A DNA stretch of 64,000 bases, from contig NC_092679.1 in NCBI RefSeq assembly GCF_964355755.1, positions 5,424,201-5,488,200 of the forward strand. Reading direction: 5' to 3'. The stretch comes from Antedon mediterranea (lineage: Eukaryota > Animalia > Echinodermata). The translations under genes were made by a program, and so were the position numbers. The notes beneath the pieces were generated by a model. That model saw nothing but the letters and a program-made list of their open reading frames with translations, ran no database searches and was not told the origin of the DNA. Position 1 is the stretch's first letter, and the number at the start of each line of letters is the position of its first letter. Shown piece by piece: positions 49,752-63,614 of this stretch.

Positions 49752-52700
49752 TTACGTTATATTTTCAAATGTGACTGGGAGAGAAGCCATGTCTTCGGGC
49801 TCTAGATCATCAATGTTTTGAATATCTTCTGGACCCATGTCGTCACCATCAAGCTCTCCCTCAAACATCCTTTGCAGAACAACTTCAACATTCCGTGTCC
49901 CTTGATAAAAAAATATTTCTGTTAAATGTATCTTCTAAGAGAATACTGTATAAGTATAGATTACCGTATGATTTGTTGGATCTCGTAACCTTATTGTATA
50001 TTACATACCTTTGATATCTCGGACCTAATTTTTATGACTCTACTGCTCAGTATGTCGGTCGGTTGGTAAACACTAACTTGAGCACGCGACTGCAGCCATG
50101 TATATGGTCTTGTTAAATTTTAAATGTATCAACTTAGTTTAGCTTTGTAGTGTATATGTATTACCATAGTACAAATGATGGTAATTGCCTTTAAATGTCG
50201 TCAACAAAAAGCATTGAGACGTTGACTTAACTTTGGTAAAAGGTGATAACAATGAACGTTTTTACTCACTGCCTGTAAGTTTAAATCGTACACCATCATC
50301 TCTCAATTTGGAATTGACGTCACCTCTCTCAATGACTTGTCCATCGGTAGCTTCTGCGTGACCATTTGCTTCTATGTGATCTTGATCATTTGCGAGTTCA
50401 GAGGCGTTATGAATTAAATCGTCTTTATCTGTACCACGTGCCTTCCTTTTGCGTCTTTTTGGGCTTTGTGCTTCAAACTCGCCTTCTGTTACCCTGATTA
50501 AAAACATTCAATTTGTTGTCATTAGCTTGAACTGTATGAACTTTTATGAAATAGAACAAGTCCGTATCCAGGGTTTTTAAAGGGAAAAGGGTTCGTTTTT
50601 ATATAACGATCACTCAGCCCTAAGTTCCTCCTCAAACAATACAACTACTCTAATGCAATAATACCAGAAAGGGTGAGTTTTTGAATAATTTTTATAATAT
50701 AGGCTAGGGCCTAAATGTTCTCATTCATTGCATTGTTCATTACAAAAACGAGATACTTTTCTGAAATATAAAGCAGAAATTCAGAAAATAAATAACCTAC
50801 TTTTAATAAATTATGAATGCATAAGTTATTATACACTTGTCAAAAATGTATAACATGTCCTTGGTGAATATCTAATCCTACGATCTTATTTAAAATGACA
50901 CAAAAAGATTCACAAAGATACCTTTGTATAAATTGGCCAACAATAGCAGGACAATTACGATAGCAGGAAGAATAGTTTAAAGGAACGGCTTAGTGTATAA
51001 ACAATTTTGTACTTTTTAACTGATTTATAAACAGGACCAAACCGTGAAAAACCACTTAAAATAGTTTTTGACAAACAACACAATGGCGATATAGTATTCG
51101 ACTTAACCTTACAATACAAAGCGATCATAAATAGTTATCTTATTACCTTAAATCCATAATAGTAGTATTGTGTTTATGATAATGTTTATGGTTTATGGAT
51201 GATAGCACCCAAACACTAATCCAGAACGGTGACTGCTTTATTGTCATCATAAAGCACACTTAAACAATTTAAGTTACAGTTATGTAAAATAGTAATAGTA
51301 TTTGGAAGATAAAAATCGTATATCGTGTATTGTATATATTTGATCCAATTCAATGTTGGTTTTGGTTCAAATCTGTTAATACCAGGATTTAGTTTGACAA
51401 TTAATATACTATGCTCATCCACGGGTCACCCACGGGTGACCTATAATCCCTTTGTAGCCACCAAATTGTGTACGATTAATTAATAAATTCACTTAAATGA
51501 AGGTGTTGTTGACTAGTTTTATCCTTAACCCCAAATAATCACTTAAATCTTGGTTCCAACTCTAAGACGCAACGCAAGAACAAAAGCGCAACGCAAGTAA
51601 TTTGACCCAAGCGATGGATCATTCCAAACTGTAGCTTGTCATTGGTCAACTCGCTAGTTTTCCGTTGTTCAAAGTTGGATTGTATGCATTTATGAATTTA
51701 TCAGAACTTGCTGAAAAGTTTGTGAACATCTACTGAACAATTAACCACGTGTATGTGCGAATATGACGCATTACCATTTCTCCTGCTACACTCATATTTG
51801 CATAAACTATAAACTTTATACAAACATTTTGCAAATGTTAAAATATGGGATTATTTGGTCCTGATTTATTATATCTAACAGTTAACGGTATAAATAACTA
51901 AGCCTACTTACTCGGTAACTCCAAGACCAAGTTCGTTAATCCGGTGCTCAACAATTGATTCAAAATTGTTAGTTGATAATGAGTATTCTACCATAAATAC
52001 CTCAAGAATAAATGCAATAAAGATGCTGTAAGAAAAACAGGTTAGGTTTATATCGATACCTTTTCGTAATCTTTTCATATAATGATAAAAAATTGTTTAA
52101 AGAGTCGAATCTGTCAGTACAGTACATCTTTTTGTTTGGGTTTGTACTGAAACAACTAACTAATCTACAGATTTCTGGTACGGATTCACACCATTTAGGG
52201 CAAACTCCTCCATACTCAGGTTGGTGTCACCTAGTTTGAAAAAGACGGCAAGGGATGGAGCAAATGGTCACTGAATTTTAGTATCTCATAGATACTTTTC
52301 AAATAGGTAAGCACCTTACACACTAATGTTCCCTATTCTACTGTTAGGTTAAGATGTCAATTTCAAATGTCTTACTTTACCACTACTATAACAATTGACA
52401 TGTGAAAAAGAATGAAAAATATTCTTGCTGACTTGTGTGTAACGGCAACGAATCCTGATGCTAAAAGTATTCACAAGTTAAGGAAATGGATTTTGACTAC
52501 TATTTTTGCAATTCATCCAAAATAATTGCTAGTATTTACACAAAATGGGGTTTTCCCCATCAGTCTCATAACCTTAGCAATGTCATACACCATGATAGTG
52601 ATGAATAAAGATGAATGATACATTTATGACGTCAGAAAGAGTGAGATAATTCAAACAAAGGATATCATGCCATTGATTGACAATCGTAAGTTCCATAAGT

Positions 52701-55700
52701 ACTATCATCGAATTTATTATATTGTTAAAATTGTTGTGACAGTAGTGTTCACGATAGAATTCCGAATCTTTTAGCTTGATATTTCCGCAATATTCCTGTG
52801 ATGGATCTTCATAAATGTCTGGGTACCCAAAATATGTTATTTTATTTCCAAAGACTTCCATTCCGATTATTGCAAATATATAGTATAAAACCTATAAAAA
52901 AACAATGTTATATCTATTATATTAGGTCTGCTTATACTTCTTAAGATAAAGTATCAAATTTATTTAAAAAAACAATGTTTTATATATATATATATAGATA
53001 TATATATAAACAAATCAGGCAAAGAACATTAATTCTAAACCGCCCGGTGATATACTGAAATTCAATTAATTAATTTGAAACGATAAAGATGAGGAAATCT
53101 GTGAGAATGAGAAAAAGTCGCCCCAACCGAGACTCGAACTCGGACCGCCTGGTTGATATGCAGATGTCCTAACCATTAGACCACTGCAGACAGTACTGTT
53201 TCGATCTTATTAGATCTCGTCAGTGCAGCTCAGGTTTCGAAATGAAATGTACCGCAGAACTGGCACAATATATAGGCTGAGCAATATATATATATTAGGT
53301 CTACTTATACTGCTTAGGATAAAGTATTAAACCAGTAAAAAGAAACAATGTTTTATATATATATATTAGGTCTACTTATACTGCTTAAGATAAAGTATTA
53401 AACTAATAAAAAAAAACAATGTTATATATATAAACCTATTTAAAAAAAATAATGCTATATATTAGGTCTACTGCTTTAGATAATATATATAAAATCTATA
53501 AAAAAAAAAACAATTAATTGTATTTATTAGGCCTACTTATACTGCTTAAGATAATAAAACTTTTAAACAAATAATTAATTTTATATCTTAGGTCACGTCT
53601 ATTATACTGCTTATTATTTATAGATATTTGTTCAGATTATCGATCCCTTTATGATCTCGTGGAACAGGTATGGTGTTCATGACAGCACTGCACAAAGTTA
53701 GCAAAAAATATAACATAATGTTTTTAGTCGCGTGGAAGCGACTCTATAGTTCACTATGTCGGTCGGTCGGTCGGTCGGTCGGTCGGTCTGTCGGTCTGTC
53801 TGTCTGTCCGGTATCGCTATGCGTTTTATCGCTTTCTGACCTTATCTTGATATCAGTTTAATCTAGCTAAGTCAATTTTTCACAGTATATTCCTTATGGC
53901 CAGGAATCTATGTGGTTATGTTTTCACGGTGCGCAATAAAATATTACGCGGTCTACGCACGATTTAATTTTCAAAATTTATTTTCGATGGAATAAGAGTA
54001 CGTTTCAGGCAATTTTAAGCGTTTACAAAATTGCCATGAGTGCGCAGATTTTTGCGCGCGCACTGCGCGTTAAATGTTATTGCGCACTGTTTTTGCTCGA
54101 TTTCTGTTTTCTTGACTTACTTTTCAACTCGAAATTACGTTATACGAGCACGTCAAAAGTGACAGGCTACGCACGTGTAAATTAAAAAAATATAACTGTT
54201 TTTAAACATTTCAACATTTTTAAACATGTTCAGTAATTTCGGTCAGTTGGTAGGTTGGTCGGTCGGTCGGTCGGTAAACACTAAGCACGCGACTGCAGCC
54301 ATCTATATGGCCTTGTTATCTTTGTGTTTGAACTTACAAATATAACTGCACCAAATGACAGAATTGATGGCCCAATATTTGCGACGGTTGCCAGGATAAC
54401 TTGAAATCTAGTAGAAAAATAGAGTACCACATTTTTTTTATAATTTTCAATTATAGTTGTGTTTATGGAATTGAGGAATACTATTTTTTAGAAAGCTTGT
54501 AATTTTGTGACATTTTTTTAACGTTAGCATTTTTATCTTTTTTACTTTGTCAAATTACGTCAGAGTAGGGCAAAACATCTGACCAATTATTTAAGACCTT
54601 GAAGCTAAGCTACTCCATAGTAAACCATCAATCGATTACCTTTTAATTTCCGCTATGATTCTAACCAATCTTAGTACCCTAAGGACAAGTAGAAAGTCCA
54701 AAGTATCTTCTGTTAAATTATCTGTATAAAACAAACAAAACACAGTATCAATGTACAGTATATTGTGTACTATTGTGTACAGTAGTTGGCCGCAATTGAC
54801 ATTTGTAAACTCTTATTCTAGAAACATAAAGTAACTTCTACTACGAATAGTGATTGTGTCGATGTTGCATCATGTCAACATTGACTGAAATGGGGTACGG
54901 TGGGTGTACACATAACGGCAGTCAAAGGTAACCAACTTATGCAAATTGAGAATTGGCTTAAGACTAATATCTTACCATCATTTAAAGCAAGTTCTACTAT
55001 ACTGGCTATCAATGCACTCATAATTACAAAGAAATCAAATCTGAACAAAGAAGTAAATAGAAAGTAGGATAATTCAATATAATAATTATCATACAAAACA
55101 AAATTGTTTTTAACTTTTCTGTATATTGTTCAAATTATGTACCGCATGATTTTAATTTTCTGTACATAGGCCTATGCTTTGTATGTTCTTAGTCGCGTGG
55201 AAGCGACTCTATAGTTCACTATGTCGGTCGGTCGGTCGGTCTGTCGGTCCGGTATCACTATGCGTTTTATCGCTTTCTGACCTTATCTTGATATCAGTTT
55301 AATCTAGCTAAGTCAATTTTTCACAGTATATTCCTTATGGCCAGGAATCGATGTGGTTATGTTTTCACGGTGCGCAATAAAAAATTACGCGGTCTACGCA
55401 CGATTTAACGAAATCACGTTTGTAATCATATCTTCACAACCATGAATCACCATTAAATAAAATTTGGTACTCATAAATTTCAGGGCATAAATCATCATAT
55501 GGCAATACAATTACGTGCGTAGCGCATGTAACGCATGCGTACGCGCGCTTAAAATTTTCAAAATTTATTTTCGACGAAATAAGAGTACGTTTCAGGCAAT
55601 TTTAAGCGTTTACAAAATTGCCATGAGTGCGCAGAAATGTTGTTCTGTTTTCTTGACTTACTTTTCAACTCGAAATTACGTTATACGAGTACGTCAAAAG

Positions 55701-58700
55701 TGACAGGCTACGCACGTGTAAATTAAAAAAATATAACTGTTTTTAAACATTTCAACATTTTTAATCATGTTCAGTAATTTCGGTCAGTTAGTAGGTTGGT
55801 CGGTCGGTCGGTAAACACTAAGCACGCGACTGCAGCCATCTATATGGCCTTGTTTAACTATTCTTTACTTTGATTATTTTAAACCCTGAACCATTTTGAA
55901 AAGCAGTACTACGTTACTGAAAATGCAATCCATCCAAAGAAATATATACAAATACAATACAAATGTCTTCATCAAAATCTTACACATTCCAAGGTTTCTT
56001 GAAAAATTGTTTTGCTCCTAAAGTATAAAGTTTGAGTGTGATTTCCATTGTAAATAATGTCAAGAAAAGCCACTCCGCTTGGTCTAAACGAAAGCCGATG
56101 CAAAGTGCATTTACTGTGATCACAACATCAAAAAAGTATCGGAAAATACTAAAAAACAAAGAAAAACAGTTTTAAGTATCATTTATACTAGTAATTGCCT
56201 ATGTGTGTGATTTCTGTCAAACCTCTCATAGTTGTTCACTTCAAAGTGATTTTTAAAAAGCTTTTAACTATTTATATTACAATATGAATGTGTTTATTTT
56301 TTTTACTTGTGGTCGACAACACCAAATTGTAAGATATACGCGCTACAAGTTGACGCGCGTGTAGAGAAAGCATTATCATACGCTGCTGGTGTAACATTTT
56401 TGTGGTTGTATCTGTTGATGGATTGATTTATAATTATATGTGCAATATGTACTTACGGACTTCTGACACACTCTTTTACAATTTCACTTAATTTAGATTG
56501 ATAACATCTTGGAAAAGTTCTTCCAATCAACGGAATACGATCTTTTACTTCGGATATTTCCATATTTAATAAATCGGATACCCGAAGAAATTCAGCCCTT
56601 TCTAAGGAAAGAAAAAGAATGGATACGGGTAATAGGCATTTTAAGTGTTCATAAATGGTACGAGTGGTGTCTTCCTTATGCGCGCTTTCACAATAGCCGC
56701 AACATACACGCAATAATTATATGAACAATAAATAATTGTTAGAATTCGACGCGCGCGCTCAAAGGCAGATACTTTTATACGCGCGCTCAAAAGCAGATAC
56801 TTGTTTACGCGCGCGTTGACTTAGTGTCTCTATAATTGTGTACAGAAATTAACCATACCTATTTTGCCATCTTCATCTTGATCAATAATGTCCCACAACA
56901 ATCTAACCAACACTTCGCTACGACGAGGAATGACTAACTTCATGACAGCTTTCCATCTTGCCCAGGGTACAAAGTATGAATTGTCCCCATTAGAAACTTT
57001 TAAAATATCAAACGCTCTACTGAGTTGACGTCTTTTGGAAAAGACCGATCTCTGAACTTCATTCTAAAAATGAAAATATTATTGCAAAATATATCGTAAG
57101 CTCTGTCTACACTATCAAACCTTATGTTACAAAAAAGTGTGATGTGCTCATATATGGACATGATGATGTTTATATCACTACCATATTTGACCATATCACA
57201 ACCATATTTGGGCACATCACACATTCTTTGTCAAACTAGTTTTACAGTGTAGACAAGGCTTGAAGTCTATATGCACATTATCTTATCTGTTTTGTTGTGT
57301 TACCATGATAGCTTTTGTATAAAGAATGGTAGAGGGCGATAATTATGAACAACAGGCAGACGATAATATTGCATTTATTTATTTTTCTTATTACTTTCAA
57401 ATGTTTCCTGTAATTTTTGTAGATTACGGCAAGAAATATACTCATAAGGATGTATATACAGATTATGATATAGGCGATGAATATAAGAACGTTCCATGGG
57501 TTCTTGTCATAAGCTGGCATCCTGAAAAGAAAAAAGGCAACATTTATTTTATCGTCGTGCTTTAGCGAATGTTCAATGTTTTTCTAAGCGTGCATTATTG
57601 TTTACTGGCATATCGTAACTTTACTTCCCTATTACACGATGTGGTATCTTTTTAATTATATCTTCTTTTTTTTAAAATTATGAATAAACGCAATATTATT
57701 TAACTTACATTATATCTGGACTATTGGCCGTTGTAACTAAAACATAGAGGTGCCATATATTATCCCAGTAATTAGTCATATACGGTACTCCATCTAACAT
57801 AACCAAGTCCCTGAAACAACATGTATTTATGAGTAAGAAATGAAAAGTAGGAAGAAAAACTAGAAAATATCAAATGATAAGAAAGAAAACATGAAAAATG
57901 CTTAACTTACTCGTCTGTGAATAGCTCCCTCATAAGTAAAGCAAACAGACCAATCACAATAAAAAGTAAAATTAAGACGTACAATATCTCTGGCAATGTG
58001 CGACGAATATTGCGAAAACTACGTCGAAGCTGTGAATACATTACACGAATAAATAAATATCTTACATATATACATACATCAGATGCAAGTTTTACTTAAT
58101 AAACGATTTAAAGCCTGTTTTCCACTAACGAACATTTCTGAGGTCTGATTGGTTGCGTTCGCGTCACAAAATACGCATGCGCAATAGTAATACTTGTGTG
58201 TGTATATATAATTGTATTATAATGCATTACAGTCACTTTTTACATTCGCCTAGTGGAAAACAGGCTTAGTAGTGCTCCGAATTGTTCAGCAAATGTTGTA
58301 AAGAGCAAAATTACATGCGAGTACTAATGATTATAAACAAAATAATTTCAAACCTGTCGCATTTCAGCAAAATTTACTAGAAATAATGGTCGTAGGCATC
58401 TTGACCAGCGAACGGCGTTTTCGTGTGCAGTTGCTTTCAGTACAGTATATATCAGTATATCTATTAACATTAACTTGACAAAAGAAGAGTATCAATATCA
58501 CAAGTATACTTGTCAAAAAAATAAAATCATTATTTTAAGTACAGTTCTGAGCGCTCTATAAGTCGATTGAAACTTCCTTACCACTATAACTGACATTGTC
58601 ACCAAATTCTTTGGATCTGTCCACCAATTTATTCCGGATACGAATATTTTAGAGTGAGCTAAACGAAAGGTAAAGTAACCGAGACACATGAACTCCATAC

Positions 58701-61700
58701 ACATGGTAGACTGAGAAGAAAATAAAATGTATTATTAGTCATAATACAAAGACAAAACAACTCGTGAATTCTATTTTAACGTCTATAAGGAGACTTACCC
58801 AATACGGTAAACTTAAATTGTTAACTGCCGGTTCCTCAAATAGTGCCAGCGACAAGTTTAACAACAGGAAGAAATATAAAGCATACGTCAGCAATGCTGT
58901 GTTATATAAGGCATAATACCTATAAATAAAGTAAACAAATAATATTTGTATAAATATACACTAGATGCAAGTTTATATATCAATCATTTTCAAACTGTAT
59001 TTTTGTATCATTGAGTGATTGTACCATGGAGCCTGACATGGGTTTCCTATTCAACAATCTGCAATAACATTTTAAGAGCCATTGTCTGTAAAAATCAAAG
59101 ATTTGGTGGCAGATGTAAAAAAATGGATTTCTCTCAAATTTTTACCATGAATAGACATTTCAATAAAAAGCATATCTACAACATTCATTTTAATTTTTAG
59201 CCTCCGTTGCCATGACAACGGTCAATTATCCAAATTTTGATGTTTTTGCCATTTTTCACAGATTTTCTATAGTGAAAAAGTACAAACTTGTATACTTATT
59301 TTAACCAAAAATACTTACATTATACAGTTTTTGTTTATAGCAGTGTAAACAACATGTATTGAGTTCCATTTAATGTAGAAAAAAAATAAATTACAAAATG
59401 GAGTTTGGTTGATACCATTATTTTAAAAAGGGGTGTTTTAAAAAAATTTTTTTTTTATAAAAGTATACCTCATAAACGTACCTATAACTTCCAAAGTGGT
59501 GTTTTTAAATCAATGAGGTTTTTTAATTTGATAGTCAATAGGTTTTTCAACAATAATCACGGAAAAAACACTGGGGTAAATTTCGTACATAGGTTTTGTG
59601 TTGCCAGGAAAATACGAAAAATGCAAAAAATATAACAAAATATCAACAAACAAAACACATGAAACACAATTTAAATATGGCTAATCCAATAATAAAATGT
59701 ATATATGGCTTGTCATATTGCTACTAGAGTCATACGAATAGTTTAGATAAAATAGGAGAATGTGTTGCCAGGTTTATTTCAATTAATTGCCAGAAAAACA
59801 GTATTTTGCATTGAAATATTTAGTTGATGGAAAATAATGTTAAACTTGAAAATAATTGAGTCAATGGTTTTTATAAATTTTTAAATCTATTTTGTGTAAA
59901 GAGATACAGAAAGACCTCCCAAAAAATCTGACCTTGTAAATAGGTCATTTGAGGTCAAAAGGGGTCAGATTGCAAAACAGGACAGGTCCCCACTTTACTA
60001 CAACTATTAATGTTTGATCAAAATTTACAAGATAGTTCATAACAATTCTCAACAATTTTCATATTTTACCTATAGTGTTACCTTAGCAACCATTTCTATG
60101 TGTAACTAAGGAAAGTAATTTTTAAAAAACGTAAAAAATGGCGTTTTTATAAATACAAAGAATTGATTGCATTTGTACATGTTTCTCAATTTTACTTCTA
60201 CTGCATTCCATTAATGACAAACTTGACCTTGTAAATTCATTCATTTTGAGGTCAACATTTTACCATAGTAACTGTTTATATGCGAAAATTTAAAAAAAAT
60301 AAGGGGTTTTTCATAAATAAAAAACATTTTTTCTACATAGTTTTACATTTCTACTTTTTGCCAAATTTACTTTAAATACTGAATCCTAATAATCTCAGAA
60401 AGAAAGTCTTGACGAATCTGAATAAAGATAAAAAAAAATGACCTTTAGTGTTATCTTAAACCTGTTTACGTAACAAATGATATTTTTAAAAAAAATTAAA
60501 TATGGAGTTTCATGAAAAAATAAAAATTTTACATATTGAGGTCAAATGACATCAACATTTTACCTATAGTGTATTGTAGCAACTGTTTCTATACGTAACT
60601 AAGTACAATATTTTTAATATGGGGTTTCATGACTACAAACAATTGATTACATAGCTTTACTACATTTTCCCAAATTTACTTATCTACTGAATCCCAGAAA
60701 ATGTCTGACCTTGTGAAAAAAAATTTTTTGGGTCAAGTTATGTCAAAATGTATTATTTATGTTATCTTAGAACCTGTTTCTATGCGTAACTAAGGATAAT
60801 TGTTTTGTTAAATACAGTTGAACCTCCCGTAAGTGGCCACCCTCGGGACCTGGAAAAGTGGCCGCTTACGGGCGGTGACCCCTTACGGGAGGTTCTGCCG
60901 ATAAAGGGCCAAAATCACTTATTATGGCTATATACGATATTCTTAACGAAACGAGCCTCTCAATTTTCCAGCTAATTGTAGGCATATTATTATTTATAAT
61001 CAGGTGATTTAGTATTTTTTAGCATTTTCAGACAAATTTTAAAAACTTTTATCATATGAAAAATGGTCGGTCAAAATCTGTGTAGTTTTCTCATCTCTTC
61101 ACAGTAATGTTTTTAAAACCTCTTCAAAATAAAGCTAATATATAAAGAAATACAATAAACATGCACCTCTAATTCATAGGTCCATGCAATAAGTATCACA
61201 TTTTTTGATTGGCCGCTTACAAAAAATCTCATTTTTAGTATAAAAAGGTGCTCGCAGCTGCTTACGGTAAGCACCAAATGCACTAATTAGATAGGAAGAA
61301 CAAACAGGCTTTTCAAAGTGCGTCCGTTAAGGGAGGTGGCCGCTGTAAATAAAATATGGGGTTTTCATGAATAAAAATAATCACAGAAGAAAGTGCTTAC
61401 GAATATGACCTTGTGAAACGGTAATTTGAAAATGCAAATAAGGCATGCCTGCTAATAATCTACAAATTTAAATTTGTATGAGATAAATATGCAAAATCTA
61501 AAGAATATCTCATTTTTAGTTACCATAGTAACTGTTGCTATGCATAACTAAGGGAAATTAAATAATTATCAGATAATTATTAATTAATAATTATTGCTGA
61601 ATCCAACCATCACAGTAAAAAAAATATAGAATTTAAAACCAATATTTAATAATAAAGTGTGATATTTTACATGCTGACCTTAAATGAAATGAAATTTCAA

Positions 61701-63614
61701 ATCAGGGCTTCAATATTTGTTATGTAGCATTAACATACCTGAGTATATCATTGACTTTTGATTGGTTCTATTTTGGGGAGGGGAAAGTGGTGGATCAAGG
61801 ACTTTTAAATAGTTAGGTGGTTGAAGGCGAGGGTCTAAAAACTTAACTTTATGTCCTATCTTTTGCATTGCAATTTTTAACTTGGGGTGGGTGGGGGCTT
61901 GGAGAAAAGGGGGAGGTGGTTGGATGGAGGAGTTTGAATCCGTCTATTCATTGGGGCGATAGTAGCGGCAGTGTGGGTGGTGCTTGAATGCATGCATTTG
62001 ACACTCTATAGTGGATGATCGACCAAAGTGTTGCAGTTTATCTTTTTGTGGTTATAGTCGGGGTGGGGGTGGGGAGGGGTGGTAGTCGAAAGTGGTGGTG
62101 GATGGGCATATGGGATCTGCTTAGGTTAGCAAATAAAAGAAGTAAAATTCACAACGATCTGATAATTTATTCAAATTTCCAGAGGATATAACCTATAAAA
62201 ATGACATTAAAACTGGGAATTACAGAATCTATAATTAAAAATTAATTTTTTTTCTCACAACACAACTAGAACTATATAAAACATTAAGAATTTTTCTGAC
62301 CAATGAGTTTCAAATCAAATAATCAAAGAAAATAAAATGTTTTACTAATATACCATGTTTTTTTTTATATAAAAATGCCTATGTTTCTCGCAACACTGCT
62401 TGTAGATTTTAAATTTACCCCAGTATTTTATTTTAGAAATCAATTATTAAACATTAGAACTACCTATTTGTAATAAATCAGCTAAAAAAATACACCACTT
62501 TGGGCGTTATGGTGAAATAAAGTTTAGTTGCATTGAACAATTTAAAAAAAGTGAAAAACACCCCTTTTTAAATAAATGGTATCTCCCAAAGTATGAAATA
62601 AAAAAAAATAAAAAATTTGAAACAGGTACACAATGCATTGTTATTATGCATACACTAATTATTTTTTATAATTAAATGAACAACACAAAAATATCGCTCA
62701 TCAAAGTAGTGCTAATATCCATTTTAAAAAACCTTAAAAAAGGACAAAATTTGTCAAAAACACAAATTTGGCCGTTGCCATGGAAATATACGTTTGAAAT
62801 AAAAAATACTTCATATTTGATTTCTCTCAACACATATATAGCCATGTGCAAAATTTGAAAGAAATCCATTTTTTTGAGTCTGCCACTTTTTTTGATATTT
62901 CTTTGATTCTTACAGACAATGGCTCTTAAATTGCCCAAATTATTTTAAATCCCGTGATGGGCTTTAGATATCGGTTTAAATGCGTATGTATTTGTATAGG
63001 TTTACTAGTTATAATTAATTAATTTATAAGAGAAAACAACCTTACTGTAAATACTGTTCTTCTACTTTGTGTTTATAACTTCGAGCGAATCTGGCATCAA
63101 TGATATATGTTGAGGCAAGATATAATTCCTGAATTATATTAGTAAAAGTATTTATTGATAGTCTCTCATATTGCTTATTATAAAACTTACTTCGGTACCT
63201 AATTATTGACCTCAGTCTTTCAATATTTTTCTACTTCATTTGAGCACCATAAAGTGGTATCTTTGAGACAAATTTGATTTTTCTGATTACTGTATACAGT
63301 ACTAATAAATACCAAGGAAGGCAATTTTCATAAAAGACGTCTATATCTATTTAAGCCTACCATTATTTATATATTAAGCTTGATTGTTTAAATACCGTAA
63401 ACTTCAATACTAAAGACTAGAAACTTACAGTGTAACTTAGAGGTGTATCTGGTTTTCTTTCGTCTGGCTCTACTGGTTGGTTTGCTAGATTGATTTTAAC
63501 ATGTTCCGTTGACGTATTAAAACTCACCCGTCTTGGACGTGTGATGGACGGCTGTACATCCACAAGATCAGTAAAACTCACAGTTCTGTTATGCTTTGGT
63601 CCATTTGCAGTCAT
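49752..63614 (-). CDS. TPCN3: Two-pore channel 3 (TPC3), 19 coding exons, ~840 aa
   Basis: Exons (high to low): 63614-63429, 63128-63046, 58919-58799, 58710-58582, 58473-58354, 58029-57911, 57810-57709, 57521-57395, 57063-56859, 56601-56457, 56148-55984, 55040-54976, 54721-54640, 54407-54338, 52891-52666, 52466-52376, 52025-51912, 50493-50270, 49900-49752 (2523 nt, in frame). Two 6-TM repeats; LALFEEPA; S4 segments RWSRCLRP and LRVLRLVRII; filters TTANSPD and IVNQWH, which are TPC3-type. Confidence 0.92.
52467..52665 (-). other. U12-type (minor spliceosome) AT-AC intron of TPC3
   Basis: On the minus strand: 5' splice site ATATCCTTTG, branch site TTCCTTAAC 8 nt before the terminal AC. Splicing gives in-frame QWHV-LASGF. 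Confidence 0.9.
52889..53620. repeat. ~55-65-bp minisatellite in TPC3 intron 14
   Basis: Unit AAAAACAATG(TA)nTTAGGTCTACTTATACTGCTTAAGATAAAGTATTA repeated about 6 times. Confidence 0.7.
53090..53200 (-). mobile_element. tRNA-derived SINE head or tRNA pseudogene inserted in (TA)n
   Basis: Minus strand TGGTCTAATGG (A box) and GAGTTCGAGTC (B box), but no proper acceptor stem. A partial copy sits at 1920-1974. Confidence 0.6.
53721..54317 (+). mobile_element. Helentron-associated (HINE/DINE-1-like) element
   Basis: TTTTTAGTCGCGTG start, (GGTC)n microsatellite, 3' CACGCGACT inverted repeat plus GCCAT..ATGGC hairpin and TT end. Confidence 0.75.
55188..55854 (+). mobile_element. Helentron-associated element, second copy
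   Basis: Near-identical to 53721-54317 with different internal deletions. Fragments also at 50052-50113 and 63815-63945. Confidence 0.75.
58112..58266. mobile_element. PIF/Harbinger-like MITE
   Basis: AGCCTGTTTTCCACTA...TAGTGGAAAACAGGCT perfect 16-bp TIR with TAA/TAG flanks. Confidence 0.65.
59076..62925. mobile_element. TTAA-specific non-autonomous DNA transposon (Kolobok-like) with ~500-bp imperfect TIRs and internal tandem repeats
   Basis: TTAA-GAGCCATTGTCTGTAA...TTACAGACAATGGCTC-TTAA, with mirrored blocks extending to ~59600 and ~62390. The purine-purine terminus fits Kolobok rather than piggyBac. Confidence 0.7.
60813..61345 (+). mobile_element. Tc1/mariner (pogo/Tigger-like) MITE nested in the Kolobok-like element
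   Basis: TA-CAGTTGAACCTCCCGTAAGTGGCCACC start with GGCCGCTTACGG subrepeats. The right-end fragment of this family is at 24490-24604. Confidence 0.6.

Noticed and set aside
53120-53195. Functional tRNA gene
   Set aside because: A and B boxes are present but there is no convincing acceptor or anticodon stem, and flanks are shared with a fragment at 1920. Best explained as SINE-derived.
63191-63290. Extra TPC3 exon suggested by a GTAAGT donor at 63190
   Set aside because: No good acceptor gives an open, phase-compatible frame; exons 1 and 2 already join in frame.
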